The notes under the pieces were generated by a model that worked only from the letters and a program-made list of their open reading frames with translations, ran no database searches and was not told the DNA's origin. Of a stretch of 64,000 bases of DNA, positions 22,668 to 30,137 are shown piece by piece. Position 1 is the first letter of the stretch, and the number at the start of each line of letters is the position of its first letter. The DNA comes from an uncultured Patescibacteria group bacterium (GTDB taxonomy: Bacteria; Patescibacteriota; Microgenomatia; UBA1400; PJMF01), in assembly GCA_905478415.1 (NCBI GenBank), contig CAJQIG010000004.1:11523-75522 (forward strand). Direction: 5' to 3'. The translations under genes and the position numbers were made by a program.

Positions 22668-23243
22668 TTAGCTATCATCCCGATTAAAAATTGCTTCAAA
22701 TTGTTCTTCAACAATAGAGTATTTATCCTCAGTGAAAACAATACAGTGGATATCTTTAATTTTGGTTTCCATATTGGCTGGATCAAAAAAATAGCCACCT
22801 AAACTTCGAGCCATAATAGTAGCTGCCTCTTCAATCGGATATCCATGAATTCCAGTAGCTATGACTGGAAAGGTGATGCTCTCAAGATTATACTGATCAG
22901 CCATCCAAAGACAGTTTTTATAGCAAGCTGCAAGTAGTTCTGCCTCAGCTCCATTTTCTTGCCCATAGATTGGACCAACCGTGTGAATAATATAAGGAAC
23001 TTCCAAATCAAAACCTTCAGTTATAATGACTTGAGAAGGCTCCATACTGCCATATTGACTACAGGCTGCTTTCATACCCGGACCAGCAGCCCTGGTAATG
23101 GCTTTATCAACACCTCCTGCCATCTCGAAATTCCGAGTGGTGGTATTGACAATAGCATTTGTTTTCTCTTGCGTAATATCACCTTGTAGTAAAGTGACTG
23201 TCGGTTGGGTTTTTGATTTCTTCCAGTACTCTTTCTTTAGCAT
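22668..23243 (-). CDS. Macro-domain protein (MacroD/YmdB-like ADP-ribose-binding or O-acetyl-ADP-ribose deacetylase-type)
   Basis: 191 aa; NAIVNTTT...GGVDKAITRAAGP, ITEGFDL..YIIHTVGP, ATGIHGYP motifs. Confidence 0.85.
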   Translation of the reverse strand: MLKKEYWKKSKTQPTVTLLQGDITQEKTNAIVNTTTRNFEMAGGVDKAITRAAGPGMKAACSQYGSMEPSQVIITEGFDLEVPYIIHTVGPIYGQENGAEAELLAACYKNCLWMADQYNLESITFPVIATGIHGYPIEEAATIMARSLGGYFFDPANMETKIKDIHCIVFTEDKYSIVEEQFEAIFNRDDS

Positions 23244-23285
23244 TAGACACAGTATGCCACACTCAGATCTTCTTTGCCAAGTGGC

Positions 23286-24833
23286 TTATGTAATATCTTT
23301 CAGAATACGAAATTCTGAGAGATCTTTTGCTAAAAATGTTTCTTCAGTAGAGGTCGTATAACTAGTCCCAACAAGCTCTCCTGTTTCAGTAGTAAAAGAA
23401 GTTGGATCAAATACATGACGGAACTTATCTTTATCTAAAAAGGTAACCAGCGCTTCACCAGCTTGTGCTTGCTTCACTAAAGCGGCAATTGCTGCAAGCA
23501 TCTGAGTATCATCTACCTCTGCATCAGACATATATTTAAAGGTAGATAAAAAAGTTTGCACTGTTGAGTCTGCCAAAACAAAGGAAGCTTTGAATGGAGT
23601 GGTCAATACTATACCTTCGAGTGAGCGAGCGCGTGATAAAGCTACATAGGCTTGCCCATGTGCAAAGGTGCCTCTATCAAAATCGATAATCACATTATCA
23701 AATGTCTTACCTTGACTTTTATGAATGGTAATTGCCCAAGCAAGAGTCAGTGGATACTGTTTAAAAGACCCGGTCACTTCTGTTTGGAGGGTATCTTTTG
23801 CTGGATTGTACTCAACCTTGAACATCTCCCAGGTGTATGGCTCAACTTCAACCCCAGTGCCATCATCAAGGTCAACTAACAAGATATCATCATCTCCAGC
23901 TGTGCCAGCTTTCACACCTACAACTTTACCTAAGCTCCCGTTTACCCATCTGCCTTCACGGTCATTAGCAACCATCATAATCTGGGCACCAACCTTAATT
24001 TCTAACTCTTCGGCAGTCGGTAACATCCGTGTATCAAATTTTCCAGAAGCGTTGCCAGTATACTTAAATCGCTCGTTAAACAAACGATTTAAATGAAAAT
24101 CATTAATCATTTGAGCTTTTTTATTTGTGGTGGTTAAATGAATAAAAAAACGATTACTTGGAGTTTCAAACTGTGGATCAAATCGAGCATTCAAGCGCTC
24201 AACATGCTGCTCATCTAAAGCATTATTCCGGATAGCCTGCAGAATGGTAATAAACGTATCATCTTCCTGTCGGTAAATTTTTTCTAACTCTACAAATTCG
24301 AAATCAAGATCTTCAAACACCCTAGAAGAGAAAAAGTAAGGACTAGCGTACACAGTCGAGAAAATACTTTGTTCCTCACGCCGCACCACAGGTGGCAACT
24401 GCAATAAATCACCGATAAAAACCATCCGAATACCTCCAAAAGGCTGGTTACCATCGGGGCCGTGGAGTCTGAGCATAGCATCAATACAATCGAGCATATC
24501 TGCTCGCACCATAGAAATCTCGTCAATAATGATCATTTCTAATTTTTTAAATAATCCCTTTTTATTTTTATTTCGATAAAAACGCTTAATTTTTTCTACC
24601 GTAATATCTGGTCGAAACCCAAAGAACGAGTGAATTGTCTGACCCTTAACATTCAAAGCAGCGACCCCAGTTGGAGCTAAAATAGCAATCTTTTTCTTGG
24701 TTTCTTGACGGAAAATATCGAGGATTGTTGATTTACCAGTGCCAGCGTTACCCGTTAAGAACATATGACCTGAACCGTTTTCAAGTCTCTCGAGCACTTT
24801 TTGGAGAGGCACATCTAGTTGAGAACTTTTCAT
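23286..24833 (-). CDS. PIF1/RecD-family SF1B DNA helicase
   Basis: 515 aa; Walker A GNAGTGKST, Walker B IIIDEISMV, PIF1-family signature GDLLQLPPV. Confidence 0.85.
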   Translation of the reverse strand: MKSSQLDVPLQKVLERLENGSGHMFLTGNAGTGKSTILDIFRQETKKKIAILAPTGVAALNVKGQTIHSFFGFRPDITVEKIKRFYRNKNKKGLFKKLEMIIIDEISMVRADMLDCIDAMLRLHGPDGNQPFGGIRMVFIGDLLQLPPVVRREEQSIFSTVYASPYFFSSRVFEDLDFEFVELEKIYRQEDDTFITILQAIRNNALDEQHVERLNARFDPQFETPSNRFFIHLTTTNKKAQMINDFHLNRLFNERFKYTGNASGKFDTRMLPTAEELEIKVGAQIMMVANDREGRWVNGSLGKVVGVKAGTAGDDDILLVDLDDGTGVEVEPYTWEMFKVEYNPAKDTLQTEVTGSFKQYPLTLAWAITIHKSQGKTFDNVIIDFDRGTFAHGQAYVALSRARSLEGIVLTTPFKASFVLADSTVQTFLSTFKYMSDAEVDDTQMLAAIAALVKQAQAGEALVTFLDKDKFRHVFDPTSFTTETGELVGTSYTTSTEETFLAKDLSEFRILKDIT

Positions 24834-25228
24834 GCAAACACTTCTTGTTCATCCATCCACGCTTGCAAAAACTCAGCAGCTGCATAGTGATCAATATGAC
24901 CGGTACGTTTTGATTTTTTGGCGGTTATTAGTTTCTCATGCACCGTCTTTGAACTGAGCGTTTCATCAGTAAATACCAGAGGAATCGTAGTTACATCAGC
25001 CAGCTGAGATGCAAAGGCACGAGTTTTTTCAGCCATTTCTTGCTCAGAAATACCAATCACAACGGTATCGATATGTTCCTCTGCAATAATTTCTAACAAC
25101 CGAGTAAAGAGATGTTCGTTATTGGGAACAATTTCAAGTGGATCTGCTAAACTGGCTCGACTCACTGCCAGTCCTACACGGACAGTACCATAATCAATTG
25201 CTAAGCATTTTGGAAATTCTACAGACAT
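24830..25228 (-). CDS. ruvX: Holliday-junction resolvase-like RuvX/YqgF
   Basis: 132 aa; LAIDYGTVRVGLAVS N-terminal motif; 4-nt overlap with the helicase start. Confidence 0.85.
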   Translation of the reverse strand: MSVEFPKCLAIDYGTVRVGLAVSRASLADPLEIVPNNEHLFTRLLEIIAEEHIDTVVIGISEQEMAEKTRAFASQLADVTTIPLVFTDETLSSKTVHEKLITAKKSKRTGHIDHYAAAEFLQAWMDEQEVFA

Positions 25229-25262
25229 GTCGGTATTGTAACCTGTTTTCTAGTTGTTCTCA

Positions 25263-26219
25263 CTATTGAATCAGCTGAGCAGTAATCACCCCACGCCTAA
25301 GGTAGGTGCCTTCTGGAGTACAGGTCACCAACTTGAGTTGTCGAGAATCATACTGTTGCGTCAAAATGTACACATCCTCTGGCTGTACCTCAGTTATTTC
25401 TTGCACTACATAGCGATACTGCACACCATCAAAAGTAACCAAAATTTCCTCACCCTTTTTCATGGTCATAATAGTACTAAAAATCGAGTTATATCTACGA
25501 GGATTCTTTTCACTGGGATTATAAAACTGTCGAAGCACCGAGTGACCAAAAATAACTGGAGCTCCCGGATTTCCAGGTAAAGCAGTTCCCTGATAGGCAA
25601 TCAATGACTTATTCAGGTCAGTTCCACCAATAGCTACCTTAGCGTTGGTAATATCTAAACTAGGAATATCAATAGTATATTCTTTTGGAATGTTGGATCC
25701 CTGAGACTGATTTCCTGCTAATTCGGGTAACGTAGCAGAAGTAAACCAGTTATTTAAGTTAGTGTAATCAAGCTCCTCGTCAATAATAATAGGATCTCTA
25801 TCTTCGAGGGAGTCACTGGTCCCCGCCACTACACCAGTTGTGTCAATAACTAATGGAGTCACGTCCATAACTTCCTCTCTAGGAATCGGAGCAAGGAGTG
25901 TTGCTGTCTGTAAAGACGGTGATGTTGAAACGTAGTACGTTAAAATTGGAAATACTGCGCTGCCAACTAAATAGATTCCCAAACTCAGAAAGCTGACTGG
26001 AACAATAAAAGCCCCCATTCTGACAACTTTGGGAATGCGACGTTTGACCTTTTCTTCCCGCTTCTTCTCAAACTCAGTTTCAACGCGTTGACTGACATCT
26101 ATTCTATCAACTTGGTTCTTAATCTTGTCCTCAAGTTCATCCAAAGAAACGCCCCGAAGTAATGCCTTTCGATACAGTGCAACTAGATCAGACTGAAGGG
26201 CAGATGGGGTATTACTCAT
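25263..26219 (-). CDS. Sortase-family transpeptidase (membrane-anchored)
   Basis: ~318 aa from MSNTPSAL; N-terminal TM helix, active-site His (VIFGHS), Cys in LVTCTP (TLxTC), downstream Arg (RRGVIT); start overlaps stop of upstream gene (ATGAGTAA). Confidence 0.8.
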   Translation of the reverse strand: MSNTPSALQSDLVALYRKALLRGVSLDELEDKIKNQVDRIDVSQRVETEFEKKREEKVKRRIPKVVRMGAFIVPVSFLSLGIYLVGSAVFPILTYYVSTSPSLQTATLLAPIPREEVMDVTPLVIDTTGVVAGTSDSLEDRDPIIIDEELDYTNLNNWFTSATLPELAGNQSQGSNIPKEYTIDIPSLDITNAKVAIGGTDLNKSLIAYQGTALPGNPGAPVIFGHSVLRQFYNPSEKNPRRYNSIFSTIMTMKKGEEILVTFDGVQYRYVVQEITEVQPEDVYILTQQYDSRQLKLVTCTPEGTYLRRGVITAQLIQ

Positions 26220-28527
26220 CCTGAACCACCAAAATTTCAACTCTTTCTTTATCAGCCGGCACTTTAGAAACAAAACTTGGGTTAAATACAACAGTCGCTG
26301 ACTTAATTCCTTCGTAATCTTCTAAGTTTCTCATCGCATCAGAACTACTCTTGCCAAGTACGTATTGGAACAAACTCTCTGTATCAACCACCGGAATTGC
26401 TTCTGAAGACAAATTTGCCAAGATGAGCGTGCCACTAGCACTTGCATCAGTATCACCATTTAATGGCTGAGAAAGAATTGAAGGAGCTTCTTCAGAAAGC
26501 ACATACCCTTCGGGAACTTCAGAAGCTAAAATACGGGTTGCTAGAGGCTGTAAGCTAGCAGCTGTATATGTCAAAGCTTCGACCGTCAACTTGAGTGAGG
26601 CGGTTACTTCATTGGTTTCATCATCAACATCGGAGCTAAAGGTAACTGTTTTTTCAACGGTTTCGAGCTTCGGAAGAATATACTCACCGCTTGCCACTTC
26701 GTCCTCAAGTTCTTGGAGAGCCTGCGTCTCCAACTCAGCTTGTAGCTCCTTGAGAGCTTCTGTCTGATCACTGGCTGACACAACTCTTACTTCTCTACTA
26801 GAGCCACCGGTCAAGTCATCTTCGACAATAACTTCATACGTACTCGTATCGAATGACTCGACAGTCATTTCAGTCTCTTTAGCAAGATTTCCATCGGCAC
26901 CAATATCTGTTGCTGTTACCTGAGCGTCAATTTTTCCATACTTTTTTTCTTCTCCAGAGCTTGTCTCTTTGACTGTTGCAGCAGGGACCGTCACAGCTTC
27001 ATCAAAAGTAAAATCTCTGTCGCCAGCGGAAATAACTGTGCCGGCAGCAAACTCTTTCTCAGCAGTTGTTTTGTTGTAAACCATGACTGTACCTTTTGAA
27101 GTTTCACCCACAACTTTAACTCCTGTAGTCAAAATAGTGTTCTCACCAGAGACAGTTTTTTGAATTTTTTGAGCTGCCAGTACTAAATCTTCCACATTAC
27201 TTTCACTAATTTTGGCACTGACTGAAATTTCAGCTTCTTTGGTCACTGGTTTCGTTGCCAACACAATGCCAATTTTGGCCGTAGAAGTAAACATAAATGC
27301 CCAAGCTGCTACAGCTGTAAGCACGAGCAATCCCAATCCAACTCCAAGACCAATAAAAAGACGAGTATTTTTATGATGACGTTGAAAAAATGATTTTTTT
27401 GATTTATGACGTTCTGGATTAAATGTCTGAGCATCACTTGTTTGAGCAACTGGAGTCGCATCCACAACATCTTTTGTCTTTTCTAAAGATGTTTCTGGTG
27501 TGTGAACTTCTGAAGGAATTGGAATTCCAAAAGAAGTCGGAGTATCAATCGCATATTCTGGTTCTGTTGCTGAGGTTGGTGATGCTTCTTGTTTGGTGAC
27601 TTCGGTAAAACCCAACTCTTCAGCTGAAACTGGGCGAAGATTATCCGTTTGATCTGCAACCATAGGAACCTGATCTTTCAATGGGATTGCCACTTTACTC
27701 TTTGCGACAGCCAATCCCTTAGCATCTGCAACCGCCACACCGGCTTCGGTGACTATGCGAGAAATGTAATCTGACTCTGACAACACCGTCACCGTTGGAG
27801 GTTGTAGAAATTTGATCTTATCTTCAAGTGTAGCACTGAGCAATCGTTGCTGAACCTGTGTAACTACACTTGACTCTTCCTCAATGGAGGTAACAATAAT
27901 TTGTGGTGGTAAATATCCTGCTTTGTCATCACCTGCCTGTGAAAAACGAGCCATTCCTTCAATACAGTCATCAACCACACTTTGAGAGCGTCCAACCACT
28001 TCAATTCCAGAAATAGATGCATGCTCCACTACTACTACTGTTACTGTTTTAGCAGCTATTAAAATAAAAATTCCTGAAAAACGAGCATGCTCCCTGACCG
28101 CATAGTTCACAATAGACTCAGTAGTCTCAACAAAACCTATGGGAGAGAGATCTAACTCATCAGTCATCTTCTTGAGCATTGGCTTCTTTTCAGGACTGAT
28201 ATCGCCAGCAGTAATCCAAGTGTTATCTAAGACAAAAATGACGTCATTGATTGTTTCTGACTCTTTACCAAGTTCTTGCAAGGCTGCATCAGCAACTTCA
28301 ACCGCATTTTTAACTCCAGAATAGTGGGTTGTTTTTGAGGTGCGAAGTAACTCGACACCCCCAGCATGTAATCGCAGTAAAAGGGCTTTAATGATAGTAT
28401 CAGAAATCCAAATACCCAAGACTAACATCTCTGGGGCAGTAGATGAATCCGATTCTGCATGTGTATGAGGTACAAGTGATATCAACGGCATATATGTATT
28501 CTTTTCTCCACAGAAAAACTCCAACAC
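26212..28527 (-). CDS. Bitopic membrane protein: N-terminal degenerate actin/ASKHA-like (FtsA/PilM-like) cytoplasmic domain, single TM, ~365-aa extracytoplasmic domain; function unknown
   Basis: 771 aa (alternative start at 28491, MPLISL); LVLGIWISDTIIKALLL resembles the GxDIGxxxIK phosphate-1 motif; basic stretch KSKKSFFQRHHKNTR then TM helix LFIGLGVGLGLLVLTAVAAWAFMF; acidic T/E/V-rich C-terminal region. Confidence 0.55.
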   Translation of the reverse strand: MLEFFCGEKNTYMPLISLVPHTHAESDSSTAPEMLVLGIWISDTIIKALLLRLHAGGVELLRTSKTTHYSGVKNAVEVADAALQELGKESETINDVIFVLDNTWITAGDISPEKKPMLKKMTDELDLSPIGFVETTESIVNYAVREHARFSGIFILIAAKTVTVVVVEHASISGIEVVGRSQSVVDDCIEGMARFSQAGDDKAGYLPPQIIVTSIEEESSVVTQVQQRLLSATLEDKIKFLQPPTVTVLSESDYISRIVTEAGVAVADAKGLAVAKSKVAIPLKDQVPMVADQTDNLRPVSAEELGFTEVTKQEASPTSATEPEYAIDTPTSFGIPIPSEVHTPETSLEKTKDVVDATPVAQTSDAQTFNPERHKSKKSFFQRHHKNTRLFIGLGVGLGLLVLTAVAAWAFMFTSTAKIGIVLATKPVTKEAEISVSAKISESNVEDLVLAAQKIQKTVSGENTILTTGVKVVGETSKGTVMVYNKTTAEKEFAAGTVISAGDRDFTFDEAVTVPAATVKETSSGEEKKYGKIDAQVTATDIGADGNLAKETEMTVESFDTSTYEVIVEDDLTGGSSREVRVVSASDQTEALKELQAELETQALQELEDEVASGEYILPKLETVEKTVTFSSDVDDETNEVTASLKLTVEALTYTAASLQPLATRILASEVPEGYVLSEEAPSILSQPLNGDTDASASGTLILANLSSEAIPVVDTESLFQYVLGKSSSDAMRNLEDYEGIKSATVVFNPSFVSKVPADKERVEILVVQDE

Positions 28528-28615
28528 ACTGAGTGTTGTATCTCTATTAAAGCAAACTTCAACACCCTTGAGAAGGTGCGAACCGTGCCTCCATAGGCTG
28601 TATAACTTTTATTAT

Positions 28616-28644
28616 TTGTGTTATTATTAATTATGGGATATAAT
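28616..28644 (+). promoter_or_regulatory. Putative promoter (TTGTGT-17-TATAAT) for the divergent secreted-protein gene
   Basis: Plus strand tTTGTGTtattattaattatgggaTATAATt about 110 nt upstream of the GTG start at 28758. Confidence 0.45.
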
Positions 28645-28664
28645 TAAAGTGCTCATTAACATTC

Positions 28665-28719
28665 CTTGGCAAGAGGTATAAGGTGTTTATGTCTTGGACA
28701 GCTTATATCTCTTGCCAAT
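28665..28719 (+). repeat. 10-bp inverted repeat (CTTGGCAAGAG ... CTCTTGCCAA) with 33-nt loop in the predicted 5' UTR of the 28758 gene
   Basis: Read directly from sequence; lies between the putative -10 and the RBS AAAGGAGAG. Confidence 0.5.
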
Positions 28720-28757
28720 AATCTAGTTTTAATCAATGTTTAAAGGAGAGTTTCACA

Positions 28758-29999
28758 GTGTCCTCAGTTGCGAATTATAAAGTATTTCGAGTGGCTATGG
28801 TCATTATTTTGGCTTTAGCGGCACTCACCGCAACACTCCCTGTAAATCAAGTTTTTGCTGATACAGTCACCTGTCAAGATGGATATTACGGTTGGTTCTG
28901 GTCTGATGGCAGTGGTCACTGCACCAGCCTTGGTGCTACCAAAGAGACTAATATCCAGCCTCAGGTAGTGACAACCCCAAATCCAAACGCAGGAAATACC
29001 TATGTAGCTCCTACGGTCTCAAGTTCAAGCTCAACAGTGACTGCAGGCCCTAGCCAAGGCGCATTCGCCTTAGCATCTGCTTGTAATATCACACTTGCTG
29101 AATTTAAGTCGTATAATGGATTGAGTGGACCAAACCCAATCATTGGAGTGGGAACTACATATACATGTAGCCCCTTTGGGGCCCCCCAACAACAATATAA
29201 TACCTATAATCTGCCAACTGCAGAAGGAAGATCTGTTGCTGGAGGAACTGGCTTCACTGTCACAAATGAAGCATCGTGGTCTGACGCCGCCTACAAGTGC
29301 GCAGATGCACGAACAAGTGGTAGTGACATGCAATCACTCAATTATTCATCAGTTGGCTATTTAAATAATGGAGATTTTGTTGTCTGCCCTCTGTTTAACG
29401 ATGCCAGCGATGGATATGTATATGCACCAACTGCTACTGTGATTCCAACAGGCACCCAACAATCATTTTGGGTAGAGCAAATTCAAAAGAATGTAGTGCT
29501 GAGGACTTTAATCCCCATTACTGGTGGATCAGCACTTGCCTTCAGTTATGCTGCCACAGCCGATGTGGCTGCTGTCTTAACAGTTGATGGCATTGTTGTG
29601 GGGTACTTAGCAATAGCTACTCCAGTAACAGGATTTGTAATCTGGCAACTTGCCAGTGCCCGTAGCGCAATCAACATGGACTATGTGATTGCGCAAGCAA
29701 ATGCACAGGCTCAACCACAAGTTGTGCCAACATCTGTTCCTGATACGTTGCAACCACCCATGCCAAACCCCAATGACCCTTGTGGAGCCGCCGAGATCTT
29801 ACTGTCCATTCACTTAGGACAAATGATACCTCTAGGCGGTGGCAACCAGGTTCTATCGGTAATTGGCCGGGCTGACCAAACTATCAGCAATGTTGACCTA
29901 AGTCAGATCCTCCATGTCTTGGAATCATGTGGCTGGGGCGTCAGAAAAATGGATGATCTGCCGAATGGCCAAACAAGGTGGAACGTTTGGCGCAACTAG
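28758..29999 (+). CDS. Secreted or membrane Cys-rich protein of unknown function with GTG start, signal peptide and possible LysM-like segment
   Basis: 413 aa; RBS AAAGGAGAG 8 nt before GTG; signal peptide ...ALAALTATLPVNQVFA/DTV; 8 Cys; CNITLAEFKSYNGLSGPNPIIGVGTTYTC resembles a LysM core; central hydrophobic region. Confidence 0.55.
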   Translation: MSSVANYKVFRVAMVIILALAALTATLPVNQVFADTVTCQDGYYGWFWSDGSGHCTSLGATKETNIQPQVVTTPNPNAGNTYVAPTVSSSSSTVTAGPSQGAFALASACNITLAEFKSYNGLSGPNPIIGVGTTYTCSPFGAPQQQYNTYNLPTAEGRSVAGGTGFTVTNEASWSDAAYKCADARTSGSDMQSLNYSSVGYLNNGDFVVCPLFNDASDGYVYAPTATVIPTGTQQSFWVEQIQKNVVLRTLIPITGGSALAFSYAATADVAAVLTVDGIVVGYLAIATPVTGFVIWQLASARSAINMDYVIAQANAQAQPQVVPTSVPDTLQPPMPNPNDPCGAAEILLSIHLGQMIPLGGGNQVLSVIGRADQTISNVDLSQILHVLESCGWGVRKMDDLPNGQTRWNVWRN

Positions 30000-30081
30000 A
30001 TTAGGAAAGTTAATTTTCTATTAAAGAAAGTCTATTTTTGGCGAGAGACGCTTTCTTTGAAAGAAAATTTTTGAGCTTCAT

Positions 30082-30116
30082 AAAGCCACCTGCACTAAAA
30101 CAGGTGGCTTTTTTTA
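30082..30116. terminator. Bidirectional intrinsic terminator between convergent genes (28758 gene and alaS)
   Basis: AAAGCCACCTG-cactaaaa-CAGGTGGCTTT followed by TTTTTTT on plus; A-tract on the other side. Confidence 0.75.
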
Positions 30117-30137
30117 TCTCTTAGTCAAGAAATGCAG

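Noticed and set aside
26220-26291. Longer N-terminal extension of the sortase ORF (start at 26291)
   Set aside because: The internal ATG at 26219 forms the ATGAGTAA stop-start overlap with the upstream gene and gives a typical short cytoplasmic tail plus TM helix.
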